64,000 nt of DNA from Methylophilaceae bacterium (GTDB taxonomy: Bacteria; Pseudomonadota; Gammaproteobacteria; Burkholderiales; Methylophilaceae). Shown one piece after another: positions 40,227-50,699 of this stretch (the stretch's first letter is position 1; the number at the start of each line of letters is the position of its first letter). The notes beneath the pieces are model-generated. The model made no database searches, had not been told where the DNA came from, and saw only the letters and a program-made list of their open reading frames with translations. Location of the stretch: NCBI GenBank assembly GCA_036479055.1, contig JAZGEZ010000026.1, positions 11,024 through 75,023 of the forward strand, given 5' to 3'. The translations under genes and the position numbers were made by a program.

Positions 40227-40703
40227 TTGTATAATAAAAAGCTAATTAATGTGAAAAAACAACCATGGAAGCCGAATGCGACCGTTGCTGCGATTATTGA
40301 GCAAGATGATCAGTTCTTACTTGTAGAAGAAACCACAAGCCGTGGCAATCGCTTTAATCAGCCAGCAGGGCACTTAGAAGATGGCGAAACCATCACACAT
40401 GCCGTCATCAGGGAGACGTTAGAAGAAACTGCTTACGACTTTCAACCTGAAACATTGCTAGGTATTTACCATTGGAAACATGATCATAATAACACCACTT
40501 ATTTACGTTTTGCTTTTATTGGCAAAGTGACGGCTCACCATCCTGAGCAAGCATTAGATGATGGCATCATCAGAGCCGTTTGGATGAGCATTGAAGAAAT
40601 TCGTGCGAAACAAGACCTCATGCGTAGCCCTCAAGTACTTACTTGCTTTGAGGATTACTTGGCCGGCAAACAATATCCACTAGAAACTATTACACACTTA
40701 TGA
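40227..40703 (+). CDS. NUDIX hydrolase
   Basis: Nudix box [27 protein letters not shown] overlap with mnmA. The exact start is uncertain (TTG at 40227 or GTG at 40251). Confidence 0.8.
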   Translation: MYNKKLINVKKQPWKPNATVAAIIEQDDQFLLVEETTSRGNRFNQPAGHLEDGETITHAVIRETLEETAYDFQPETLLGIYHWKHDHNNTTYLRFAFIGKVTAHHPEQALDDGIIRAVWMSIEEIRAKQDLMRSPQVLTCFEDYLAGKQYPLETITHL

Positions 40704-41794
40704 GCAACCAAAAAGTAATTGTCGGCTTATCTGGCGGCGTTGATTCCGCAGTCACTGCCCTATTATTGAAGCAGCAAGGCTATGATGTCACCGGTCTTTT
40801 TATGAAAAACTGGGAAGATGATGACGACGATGAGTATTGCGCTAGCAAACAAGACCTGATTGATGCCGTCTCTGTCGCAGACAAAATCGGCATTGATATC
40901 GAAGCGGTAAATTTCAGTAAAGAGTATAAAGATAAAGTTTTTGCTAACTTCTTATCAGAGTACGAAGCTGGCCGCACACCGAATCCAGATATTCTGTGTA
41001 ATGCAGAAATTAAATTCAAAGCCTTTTTAGACCATGCGATGGACATGGGTGCTGACTTAATCGCGACTGGCCACTATGCGCAAGTACGCGAAAACCCTCT
41101 CAAACAAGGTAGCTACCAATTACTTAAAGCTGATGACGGCAGTAAAGATCAAAGCTATTTCTTATACCGCTTAAACCAAGCACAGTTAAGTAAAACACTT
41201 TTTCCATTAGGTAAACACTTAAAAAGAGAAGTGCGTGAAATCGCACGTGAAGCAGGGCTAGCCAATGCTGAGAAGAAAGACTCAACAGGTATATGCTTTA
41301 TAGGCGAACGCCCTTTCCAAGAATTCTTACAACGTTATTTACCGAAGAAACCGGGTGACATTAAGACGCCTGAAGGTAAAACAGTTGGTCAACACGATGG
41401 CTTAATGTACTACACGCTAGGACAACGGCAAGGTTTAAAAATTGGTGGTAGTAAAGATAGTACAGGTGAACCTTGGTTTGTTGCCGCTAAAGATATGGTA
41501 AAAAATGAGTTGATTGTGGTTCAAGGACATGAGCATCCACTGTTGCTTAATGACGGCTTGAACGCAAGCCAGCTACACTGGATTAGTGAAGAAGATCCGC
41601 AAAAAAATTGGGTTTATGCTGCTAAAACGCGGTATCGCCAACCCGACGCCCCATGCGAAATTGATGCAGTCAATACTCACGAAGTTGATATTCGCTTTGG
41701 CCAAAAACAATGGGCGGTTACCCCGGGTCAATCAGCTGTTGTTTACGAAAGCAACGTGTGCCTTGGTGGCGGGATTATTACCAAAGCAATCTAA
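40700..41794 (+). CDS. mnmA: tRNA 2-thiouridine(34) synthase MnmA
   Basis: PP-loop [21 protein letters not shown] and [11 protein letters not shown]. Confidence 0.95.
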   Translation: MSNQKVIVGLSGGVDSAVTALLLKQQGYDVTGLFMKNWEDDDDDEYCASKQDLIDAVSVADKIGIDIEAVNFSKEYKDKVFANFLSEYEAGRTPNPDILCNAEIKFKAFLDHAMDMGADLIATGHYAQVRENPLKQGSYQLLKADDGSKDQSYFLYRLNQAQLSKTLFPLGKHLKREVREIAREAGLANAEKKDSTGICFIGERPFQEFLQRYLPKKPGDIKTPEGKTVGQHDGLMYYTLGQRQGLKIGGSKDSTGEPWFVAAKDMVKNELIVVQGHEHPLLLNDGLNASQLHWISEEDPQKNWVYAAKTRYRQPDAPCEIDAVNTHEVDIRFGQKQWAVTPGQSAVVYESNVCLGGGIITKAI

Positions 41795-41808
41795 TATAAG
41801 GAGTTAAC

Positions 41809-42570
41809 ATGCCATTTATAGGTCTTGGTTTACATTTTCTCATTGCCCTGTTTTTTGCAGTGCATGCGATGAGAAACGGCCGTCAAATGTACTGGATCAT
41901 TATCCTTTTCTCATTTCCTTTACTTGGTAGCATTGTCTATTTTTTTGCTGAATACCTACCCTCTTCTAAAGTAGAGCGTGGTGTTAAGAACGTCTCTAAC
42001 AAAGCGATTCAGCTTTTAGACCCAACACGAGAACTTCGAGAAGCTAGGCAAGCGTTTGAGTTAACGCCAACCATTCAAAACAGAATGCGGCTAGCAGCGG
42101 CATTGGACAATGCAGGTGAGTACGCAGAAGCAGCTAGTGAGTTTGATGCTTGCTTGGAGGGCCCGTTTTCTCGTGACCCTGACGTGTGTTTTGGTGCTGC
42201 TAAAGCCAAGCTGCATGTCAGTCAACCGCAACAAGCCATAGTACTACTACAGGACCTTAGGGACAGAAGCTCAGAATTCCGTCCTGAGCAATTAAGTGTC
42301 TTATTAGCACAATCTTATGCCGCTAACCAGGATAACAAAAATGCGCAAAAAGAATTTGTTTATGCCTACCAAACGTTTGGTAGTGCTGAAACGCGAGCAC
42401 AATATGCACTATGGGCAGCTAATACAGGCGATGTGATAACCGCTGAACGATTAAAAACGGATCTTGATAAGGATTGGGCGCGTTGGAACAAACACTCCCG
42501 AACGATTCATCGTCAATTATTTCAAAACCTCAACGAAGCAATTGCCAAGTCTAAAGGTACTAATCACTAA
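41809..42570 (+). CDS. Membrane protein with a PLD-nuclease-N-terminal-like two-TM anchor and a helical (TPR-like) C-terminal domain
   Basis: YWIIILFSFPLLGSIVYFFAEY resembles the PLDc_N motif. The rest is Ala/Leu-rich helical sequence. Functional assignment is weak. Confidence 0.45.
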   Translation: MPFIGLGLHFLIALFFAVHAMRNGRQMYWIIILFSFPLLGSIVYFFAEYLPSSKVERGVKNVSNKAIQLLDPTRELREARQAFELTPTIQNRMRLAAALDNAGEYAEAASEFDACLEGPFSRDPDVCFGAAKAKLHVSQPQQAIVLLQDLRDRSSEFRPEQLSVLLAQSYAANQDNKNAQKEFVYAYQTFGSAETRAQYALWAANTGDVITAERLKTDLDKDWARWNKHSRTIHRQLFQNLNEAIAKSKGTNH

Positions 42571-43175
42571 GCGACAGGTGCAGTCTCTTTAAAACTGGGG
42601 CGCTTGCTGAGTATCGTATAGTGCTTAGCTAAGTTAGGATACTTCTCTTGCCACCCCATCCCTTTAAAGCGTAAGCCAACATAACCTAACATGCAGCCTA
42701 GGGCAATATCAGCCAAGCTAAAGGTTTCATTCACGCACCACTTTTTCTTATTAAGGTCATTATTCAGTACCGCCAAACCATTTTCCACCTTGGTGATTTG
42801 CTTTTTAACAAACGCTTCTGATTGTTGAGCAGCCGGCTTGCGCTGCTCTAACATTGCTGAAACTGCAGCATCGCAGATACCATCTGCAAGTGCACCCCAA
42901 CGAATTACGGATATTCTTAAACTCGATTCATTGGGCATAAGCCTAGAGCCTGGTGTTCGTGCATCTAGATATTCGATGATGACACGAGAGTCATACAAGC
43001 CTTCATCGTTATCTAAAACAAGGACGGGCACTTTTCCCAATGGGTTGTATTTGGCAACAGGTGAATCTTCTGCCCCTAACACCACCTCTTGAAGATTTAA
43101 ATCAAGATGCTTTTCTAATGCAACGATGCGTACTTTGCGTGCATATGGACTATTAGGTGTATATAAGAGATTCAT
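42567..43175 (-). CDS. Glutathione S-transferase family protein
   Basis: 202 aa. NSPYARKVRI and GKVPVLV thioredoxin-like N-domain plus a helical C-domain. Confidence 0.85.
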   Translation of the reverse strand: MNLLYTPNSPYARKVRIVALEKHLDLNLQEVVLGAEDSPVAKYNPLGKVPVLVLDNDEGLYDSRVIIEYLDARTPGSRLMPNESSLRISVIRWGALADGICDAAVSAMLEQRKPAAQQSEAFVKKQITKVENGLAVLNNDLNKKKWCVNETFSLADIALGCMLGYVGLRFKGMGWQEKYPNLAKHYTILSKRPSFKETAPVA

Positions 43176-43214
43176 ACAATGACTACCAAGTTTTTAAATT
43201 CCAACTGCATTATA

Positions 43215-44090
43215 ATGCAATTCATGAGCACTCCACTATTTACACAAAATTATCCTCGTGATAGCCAACAATTTAATATGCTGGTCAACACACTAGTGAA
43301 AAGCGCATTGGCAGAAGACATTGGCACGGGCGACTTAACGGCCTCATTAGTACCTGACGAGCAGGTAAGTGCAACAATTATCTCACGTGAACACGCTGTT
43401 ATTTGTGGCATTGATTGGGTTAACGCATGCTTTCATCAGCTTGACCCTCTAGCCAAAATCAATTGGCATATTAAAGAAGGCGATCAGGTAAGTGCCGATC
43501 AATTACTCTGTGAGATTAAGGGTAATGGTCGTGCGTTGTTAAGTGCCGAGCGTTGCGCGCTTAATTTTTTACAATCATTGTCTGCTGTTGCCACTAAAAC
43601 ACAGCAATATGTAAAAGCAATTGAAGGAACAAAAGCCAAAATATTGGACACACGTAAAACATTACCGGGTTTGCGCTTGGCTCAGAAATATGCCGTCACT
43701 ATTGGTGGCGGATTTAATCAACGCCTCGCCTTATATGACGGTATATTAATTAAAGAAAACCATATCACCGCTGCCGGCAGTATTGCTGCTGCATTACAGC
43801 AGGCTTTTGCGCTTAATGTAAAAGCAAGCATACAAATTGAAGTCGAAAATTTAACCGAGTTATCCGAAGCGCTTGCCGCAGGAGCGGCCAGTGTGTTGCT
43901 TGATGATTTCAGCTTGAGTGACATGCGTGCTGCCGTCAAAAACACGCAAGGCAAAGCATTGCTAGAAGCTTCTGGTAATGTTAATTTAACAACAATACGT
44001 CCTATTGCAGAAACGGGTGTTGATCGAATTTCTATTGGCGCCCTAACAAAACACATTCAGGCCATTGATTTGTCCATGAGAATCAAATAG
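43215..44090 (+). CDS. nadC: Nicotinate-nucleotide pyrophosphorylase (quinolinate phosphoribosyltransferase)
   Basis: DIGTGDLTA, ILDTRKTLPGLR and IKENHI motifs. The start is uncertain (ATG at 43215 or 43224); the ORF-track start at 43179 abuts the divergent GST gene. Confidence 0.9.
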   Translation: MQFMSTPLFTQNYPRDSQQFNMLVNTLVKSALAEDIGTGDLTASLVPDEQVSATIISREHAVICGIDWVNACFHQLDPLAKINWHIKEGDQVSADQLLCEIKGNGRALLSAERCALNFLQSLSAVATKTQQYVKAIEGTKAKILDTRKTLPGLRLAQKYAVTIGGGFNQRLALYDGILIKENHITAAGSIAAALQQAFALNVKASIQIEVENLTELSEALAAGAASVLLDDFSLSDMRAAVKNTQGKALLEASGNVNLTTIRPIAETGVDRISIGALTKHIQAIDLSMRIK

Positions 44091-44129
44091 CATTGAACTA
44101 ACCCACTATTAAAGCAATCAATACAAAAT

Positions 44130-45914
44130 ATGGTAAACCCTAGTAATACAAAAAATAAGAATAAAAATAAAATGAATCTAGGCGAGTTTCTGCGCATTTT
44201 GGTTAATGCAGGCAAAATTGATACAGCAAAAGCAGAAAGTCTTTACAAGGACAGAAAGTTAGACAGCTCTAATTTACACCCCATCATCATCGTCGGTGAG
44301 CAGAAATGGAAAGACTTAAAGAAGCCACATAAGTTAATGAATGCCGACTTTCTTTCCCGTTGGCTAGCAAAAGAATCTGGTCATGAATTCTTCCACATTG
44401 ATCCGCTAAAACTAGATTTTACTTCAGCATCACAAATGGTCTCAAAGGCATATGCTCAGCGGCTGAAAATTATGCCTATTTCTATCAAAGGTGATGTGGC
44501 GATAGTCGCTACTGCGGACCCTTACCATACAGACTGGATTCCTGACTTAGAGCGCATTCTTGGCATGAGTATCAAGCTAGTGGTTTCTAATCCACTTGAA
44601 ATCAGCCGATACCTGCCTGAAATTTATAACCTAGCGTCATCTATTAACCAGGCAAACATATCTAAGGCTGGTCAAATTGTTGGTGTGCAAAATTTCGAGC
44701 AACTGGTTGAGCTGGGTAAAGATAAAAATTTAGATGCTAATGAGCAACATGTTGTCAACATTGTGGACTGGCTATTTAAATACGCTTTTGAACAACGTGC
44801 TAGTGATATCCACCTAGAACCACGACGAGGGATGGGTACCATGCGCTTTAGAATTGATGGCGTTCTGCATCAAGTATATCAATTGCCGCCCAATATCATG
44901 AACGCCATTACCAGCAGAATTAAACTGCTAGGTCGCATGGACATGGTAGAAAAACGCCGTCCACAAGATGGTCGTATTAAAACAATCAATAGCAATGGCA
45001 CTGAGATTGAGCTACGGTTATCTACTATGCCAACAGCATTTGGTGAGAAGCTCGTCATGCGTGTGTTTACGCCAGACATTATTGTGCAAGACTTTGTTAA
45101 ACTTGGTTTTTCTAGAAAACAAGCTAAATTATGGAAAGAATGGACCAAGCATCCTAATGGCATTATTTTAGTGACAGGTCCCACAGGTTCAGGTAAAACG
45201 ACTACTTTGTATTCTACACTTAAGCAGCTCGCCACCGATGAAGTCAATGTCAGCACTGTAGAAGACCCGATTGAAATGATTGAACCTGCATTTAATCAAA
45301 TGCAGGTTACTTCAAATATCGGTCTTGATTTTTCACAAGGTATTCGCACATTGATGCGGCAAGACCCTGACATCATCATGATTGGTGAAATACGTGACAA
45401 GGAAACGGCAGACATGGCTATACAAGCGGCACTAACTGGTCATTTAGTCCTCTCGACACTGCACACCAATGATGCGCCATCCGCAGTCACGCGTTTATTA
45501 GATTTAGGGGTTGCTTCCTACCTTATTCACTCCACTGTGCTGGGGATTATGGGTCAACGCTTAGTGCGTACCTTATGTCCCTCTTGTAAAGCACCAGCTG
45601 AGATATCTGAAGAGGAGTGGGTAGCGGTAACCCGCCCATTCAAAGCTAATAAGCCTACGACGGCAATGAAAGCTGTCGGGTGTGTAGATTGCCGCAACAC
45701 TGGCTTTAAAGGCCGTAGTGGGATATATGAAATGTTAACCATCACACCAAAACTACGTAAGCTTATTAAAGCGGATACTGACTTAGCAGAAATCAAAAAG
45801 CTAGCCTATCAGGAAGGCATGCAACCGATGATGCTTAATGGATTAGAAAAAGTAGCTGCAGGCACGACGACGATTGCGGAAGTGCTAAAAGTTGCGCCGC
45901 ACTTAGACGAGTAG
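44130..45914 (+). CDS. GspE/PilB-family secretion/pilus-assembly ATPase (orphan; no cognate platform or secretin genes nearby)
   Basis: 594 aa. T2SSE_N-like N-domain, Walker A GPTGSGKTTT, Asp box, Walker B IIMIGEIRD, His box, and the tetracysteine CPSC...CVDC. Confidence 0.85.
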   Translation: MVNPSNTKNKNKNKMNLGEFLRILVNAGKIDTAKAESLYKDRKLDSSNLHPIIIVGEQKWKDLKKPHKLMNADFLSRWLAKESGHEFFHIDPLKLDFTSASQMVSKAYAQRLKIMPISIKGDVAIVATADPYHTDWIPDLERILGMSIKLVVSNPLEISRYLPEIYNLASSINQANISKAGQIVGVQNFEQLVELGKDKNLDANEQHVVNIVDWLFKYAFEQRASDIHLEPRRGMGTMRFRIDGVLHQVYQLPPNIMNAITSRIKLLGRMDMVEKRRPQDGRIKTINSNGTEIELRLSTMPTAFGEKLVMRVFTPDIIVQDFVKLGFSRKQAKLWKEWTKHPNGIILVTGPTGSGKTTTLYSTLKQLATDEVNVSTVEDPIEMIEPAFNQMQVTSNIGLDFSQGIRTLMRQDPDIIMIGEIRDKETADMAIQAALTGHLVLSTLHTNDAPSAVTRLLDLGVASYLIHSTVLGIMGQRLVRTLCPSCKAPAEISEEEWVAVTRPFKANKPTTAMKAVGCVDCRNTGFKGRSGIYEMLTITPKLRKLIKADTDLAEIKKLAYQEGMQPMMLNGLEKVAAGTTTIAEVLKVAPHLDE

Positions 45915-45998
45915 TCGCGTTCTTAGCTTGTTGCAAAATCAAGCTAGTCATTAGACACCAGCGCACCTTCAGCCTCCTTCGTAATCCAAAGATGTGTT

Positions 45999-46199
45999 TT
46001 AGTTAATTTCTGTTTGCATGACTAAACGTGCTGCCGCTTTACGCATCATTTCGTTCATCTTCATAAAATTAGAAGCATTTAGTTTCAAAGAAGTATCACC
46101 AATCTCTAATACGACCGTATCCTTATGCTGATTGTATATAACCTTATAGCGCTCATTATCAGGTAACGTTGCTTTACTCATTACTTTGGCCCTATGCAT
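45999..46199 (-). CDS. Small hypothetical protein (66 aa), predicted Fur-regulated
   Basis: The ORF is preceded on the minus strand by TTGACA-N17-TATCAT and GAGGA. No family recognised, so coding status is not proven. Confidence 0.45.
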   Translation of the reverse strand: MHRAKVMSKATLPDNERYKVIYNQHKDTVVLEIGDTSLKLNASNFMKMNEMMRKAAARLVMQTEIN

Positions 46200-46233
46200 G
46201 GCATCTAATCCTCATGTTTAACTAAGTGTATAC

Positions 46234-46256
46234 CAAATGATAATGATTATCATTTG
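46234..46256. promoter_or_regulatory. Fur-family operator: perfect 23-bp palindrome containing the 7-1-7 core TGATAATGATTATCA
   Basis: CAAATGATAAT-G-ATTATCATTTG read directly. It matches 16 of 19 positions of the classical GATAATGATAATCATTATC box and all specified positions of TGATAATnATTATCA. Confidence 0.7.
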
Positions 46257-46265
46257 CATTGTCAA
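46237..46265 (-). promoter_or_regulatory. Sigma70-type promoter (-35 TTGACA, 17-nt spacer, -10 TATCAT) for the 66-aa ORF, overlapped by the Fur box
   Basis: Reverse complement of 46237-46265 read directly. Confidence 0.6.
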
Positions 46266-46302
46266 GCCAATGATTAAATTAACGATAAATCAACTTGAAA
46301 TC

Positions 46303-46331
46303 TTGACCAAATATGCCCAAACCGTTATTGT
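46303..46331 (+). promoter_or_regulatory. Candidate sigma70 promoter for ilvIHC (TTGACC-N17-TATTGT)
   Basis: Hexamers read directly, 38 nt upstream of the ilvI ATG. The -10 is weak. Confidence 0.3.
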
Positions 46332-46368
46332 GTACGGTTCGTGTAAAACACTTAAAACGATAAGATTT

Positions 46369-48123
46369 ATGAACCAAGCATCCCCTACCAATAAGCAAGA
46401 AAAAGCAACACCTCAATTTACTGGGGCAGAGATTCTAATCAAGTGCCTGCATGAGGAAAAAGTCGAATTTGTATTTGGCTATCCTGGCGGCGCTGTGCTT
46501 AATATTTACGATGCTATTTACCAGCAAGATAAGTTTAAACACATACTAGTACGCCATGAGCAAGCGGCATTGCATGCAGCAGATGCTTATTCTCGTTCTA
46601 CGGGTAAAGTAGGTGTGGCACTCGTCACATCAGGTCCAGGTGCAACTAATGCGGTGACTGGTATTGCGACTGCACATATGGATTCAATTCCTTTAGTGGT
46701 CATTAGCGGGCAAGTGCCTACTCATGCAATTGGTGAAGATGCTTTTCAAGAATGTGACACGGTTGGCATTACGCGCCCCTGCGTAAAACATAACTTTCTA
46801 ATTAAAGATATTAATGATATTGCGCTTGTCATGAAAAAAGCTTTTCATGTGGCTGCAACTGGCAGGCCAGGCCCTGTTCTAGTTGATATCCCTAAAGACA
46901 TTACAGCAACGCTGAGTAAGTTTGAGTATCCTAAAACAGTAGAGATGCGTTCTTACAACCCGATCACTAAGGGCCATGCAGGGCAAATTAAAAAAGCGCT
47001 TAAATTACTCGCTGAAGCAAAGCGCCCAATGGTGTATAGCGGTGGCGGTGTTGTCTTGGGTAATGCAGCAGCAGAGCTAACACAGTTCATCCAATCCCTC
47101 GGTATACCGACCACCAGCACCTTAATGGGCTTAGGTGGCTACCCGGCAACGGACAAGCAATCGTTAGGCATGCTTGGCATGCACGGCACATACGAAGCCA
47201 ACATGGCCATGCAAGAATGTGATGTGTTGCTAGCAGTAGGCGCACGTTTTGATGACCGCGTTATTGGTAATCCAGAACATTTTTTAAGTCGTCCACGCAC
47301 AATCATCCATATTGATATTGACCCATCATCTATCGCTAAGCGTGTCAAAATTGATGTGCCAATAGTCGGTGATGTTAAGTCAGTGCTATCTGATTTAAAT
47401 GATTTAATAACCATTGAGAAACCAGCACAAAATACAACTGCGTTAGCTGAATGGCTAAGTCAGATTGAAGCTTGGCGCGCGAAAAAACACTCAGAATTTG
47501 CATTAGATGACAAGCTAATCAAACCACAACAAGTGATTAAAACCTTGTATGAAGTCACTAAAGGTGATGCCTTTATTACTTCTGATGTTGGACAACACCA
47601 AATGTGGGCGGCACAATATTATCCGTTTGATAAGCCCCGTCGCTGGATTAACTCTGGTGGGCTAGGCACAATGGGCGTTGGCTTGCCCTACGCAATGGGT
47701 GTACAACTTGCTCATCCTGATGCGCAAGTTGCTTGCATCACGGGTGAAGCCTCGATACAAATGTGTATCCAAGAGCTATCGACTTGTCAACAATTTCACT
47801 TACCATTAAAAATAATTACGCTTAATAACCGCTACATGGGAATGGTAAGACAATGGCAGGAATTCTTCTACGAAAACCGCTATTCAGAGTCTTATATGGA
47901 GGCATTGCCTGACTTTGTTAAACTAGCCGAAGCTTACGGTCATGTTGGTATGCGCATTACCGATCCTGCCGATGTGGAAGATGCACTTAAAGAAGCCTTT
48001 AGCCCCAAACTAAAAGACCGCCTAGTATTTATGGACTTTATAACAGACCAAACAGAAAACGTATTCCCAATGGTGCCAAATGGAAAAGGCTTATCTGAAA
48101 TGATTACAGGCAAGGAATCATAA
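46369..48123 (+). CDS. ilvI: Acetolactate synthase large subunit
   Basis: FTGAEILIKCLHEEKVEFVFGYPGG N-terminus and ThDP motif GGLGTMG...NN. The start was moved from 46237 to the ATG at 46369. Confidence 0.95.
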   Translation: MNQASPTNKQEKATPQFTGAEILIKCLHEEKVEFVFGYPGGAVLNIYDAIYQQDKFKHILVRHEQAALHAADAYSRSTGKVGVALVTSGPGATNAVTGIATAHMDSIPLVVISGQVPTHAIGEDAFQECDTVGITRPCVKHNFLIKDINDIALVMKKAFHVAATGRPGPVLVDIPKDITATLSKFEYPKTVEMRSYNPITKGHAGQIKKALKLLAEAKRPMVYSGGGVVLGNAAAELTQFIQSLGIPTTSTLMGLGGYPATDKQSLGMLGMHGTYEANMAMQECDVLLAVGARFDDRVIGNPEHFLSRPRTIIHIDIDPSSIAKRVKIDVPIVGDVKSVLSDLNDLITIEKPAQNTTALAEWLSQIEAWRAKKHSEFALDDKLIKPQQVIKTLYEVTKGDAFITSDVGQHQMWAAQYYPFDKPRRWINSGGLGTMGVGLPYAMGVQLAHPDAQVACITGEASIQMCIQELSTCQQFHLPLKIITLNNRYMGMVRQWQEFFYENRYSESYMEALPDFVKLAEAYGHVGMRITDPADVEDALKEAFSPKLKDRLVFMDFITDQTENVFPMVPNGKGLSEMITGKES

Positions 48124-48614
48124 TGCGCCACATCATTTCAATACTAATGGAAAACGAACCGGGTGCATTGTCACGCGTAGCAGGTTTATTCTCAGCACGT
48201 GGTTATAATATTGAGTCGCTCACGGTATCAACGACTGAAGACCCAACATTATCACGCATGACTATCGTCACTAGCGGCTCCGCTGCGGTCATCGAGCAAA
48301 TTATCAAACAGCTAAACAAGCTGATTGATGTGGTGAAAGTGCTAGACTTAAATGACGGCAAACATATTGAACGCGAACTGATGCTGATTAAAGTAAAAGC
48401 TTCAAACGCACACAGAGAAGAAATGAAGCGATTATCCGATATTTTCCGTGGACGCATTATTGATGTAGCCGACGGCAGCTTCACCATCGAGCTCACAGGG
48501 TCTAGTCACAAACTGGATGCTTTTATAGAGAGCTTGGACAACACCGCAATATTAGAAACAGTACGAACTGGCGCATCAGGTATTGGACGCGGCGACAGAA
48601 TCCTTAAATTATAG
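48123..48614 (+). CDS. ilvH: Acetolactate synthase small (regulatory) subunit
   Basis: MRHIISILMENEPGALSRVAGLFSARGYNIESL ACT domain. TAATG overlap with ilvI. Confidence 0.95.
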   Translation: MRHIISILMENEPGALSRVAGLFSARGYNIESLTVSTTEDPTLSRMTIVTSGSAAVIEQIIKQLNKLIDVVKVLDLNDGKHIERELMLIKVKASNAHREEMKRLSDIFRGRIIDVADGSFTIELTGSSHKLDAFIESLDNTAILETVRTGASGIGRGDRILKL

Positions 48615-48642
48615 TTAAAATCAACATAAGAATTTGTATTGA

Positions 48643-49671
<1,029 letters not shown>

Positions 49672-49693
49672 TTTGGATGTTTAGTCATTATAT

Positions 49694-49727
49694 AAAAAAG
49701 CACAGCCCTTTTGAGCTGTGCTTTTTT
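49694..49727 (+). terminator. Rho-independent terminator after ilvC
   Basis: GCACAGC/GCTGTGC 7-bp stem flanked by A6 and T6. Confidence 0.8.
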
Positions 49728-49823
49728 ATTGCACTCATCCTGCAGCAATCAACTTAGCTTAGCTGTTTGATTCAACATTCTAGTAAAATACATACCATCG
49801 ACCATTAGCACCGAAAGCACGCA

Positions 49824-50672
49824 TTGAAACTTGCCATCCTATTACAACACCTCGCGCCGAAACAGCTCATTACGGTTATTGCTGGTAAGCTGGCTAACTT
49901 AGAATGCAAGCGGTTAACCCCTAAAGTCATTGCGTGGTTTGTCAAACGCTATCAGGTGAACATGCAAGAAGCTGCTAATCCAGATATTAGTAGCTACAAA
50001 ACTTTTAATGACTTTTTTACCCGCCCACTAAAAGCAGGTGCAAGACCTTTTGCAAAAGCCGCTTTTATTTGCCCTGTGGATGGTGCTATTAGCCAATTTG
50101 GCGACATCAAAAAAGATCAAATCTTCCAAGCAAAAAACCATGACTACTCCACATTAGCACTAGTTGCTGGCAACGCAGCGCTGGCTAGCCAATTTGACAA
50201 TGGCAGCTTTGCTTGCCTATACCTCAGCCCAAAAGATTATCATCGCATCCATATGCCTTGCGATGGAAAACTAAAAAGCATGGCTTATGTCCCTGGCGAC
50301 TTATTTTCTGTTAACCCCACAACCGCAGAGAATGTACCTAATCTATTTGCACGCAATGAGCGTGTAGTGTGCGAATTTGTTTCAGAAACACATGGCACTT
50401 TTTTGATGGTACTCGTAGGTGCAACGATAGTCGGCAGCATGGCAACCTCCTGGGAAGGCATCATCAATCCACCTCGTAGTAAAACGGTCCGGAAATGGAA
50501 ATATGCAAGCCAAAATATCACCTTAAAACAAGGCGACGAAATGGGTATGTTCTTACTCGGCTCAACGGTGGTGATGCTTTTTGAAAAAGGTGCGCTAACG
50601 TTTAATGACAGCTGGCAACCAGCACAGGAAATAAAATTGGGGGAAGTAATGGGCAGTGCACAATCGGATTAA
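49824..50672 (+). CDS. psd: Phosphatidylserine decarboxylase proenzyme
   Basis: TTG start. FFTR, YHRIHMP and the self-cleavage LGST motif (FLLGSTVV). Confidence 0.9.
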   Translation: MKLAILLQHLAPKQLITVIAGKLANLECKRLTPKVIAWFVKRYQVNMQEAANPDISSYKTFNDFFTRPLKAGARPFAKAAFICPVDGAISQFGDIKKDQIFQAKNHDYSTLALVAGNAALASQFDNGSFACLYLSPKDYHRIHMPCDGKLKSMAYVPGDLFSVNPTTAENVPNLFARNERVVCEFVSETHGTFLMVLVGATIVGSMATSWEGIINPPRSKTVRKWKYASQNITLKQGDEMGMFLLGSTVVMLFEKGALTFNDSWQPAQEIKLGEVMGSAQSD

Positions 50673-50699
50673 ACCCAAGTTTTACCAGCCGAGGCTAAA

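Noticed and set aside
42567-42570. Convergent genes with overlapping stop codons (CTAA read on both strands)
   Set aside because: This is a trivial consequence of tight packing. No regulatory implication can be supported.
44172-44250. MshEN-type c-di-GMP-binding motif at the N-terminus of the orphan ATPase
   Set aside because: LGEFLRILVNAGKI has two extra residues relative to the RLGxxLLxxGLI spacing, and the following Lx3Lx2Q is not evident. The match is too loose to claim.
46237-46368. Ile/Val-rich peptide MIMIIICIVKPMIKL upstream of ilvI, which looked like an ilv attenuator leader
   Set aside because: It is in frame with ilvI with no stop codon, and no terminator/antiterminator hairpins follow it. 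The ATGATAATGATTATCAT sequence that encodes it is better explained as the Fur palindrome and the minus-strand promoter.
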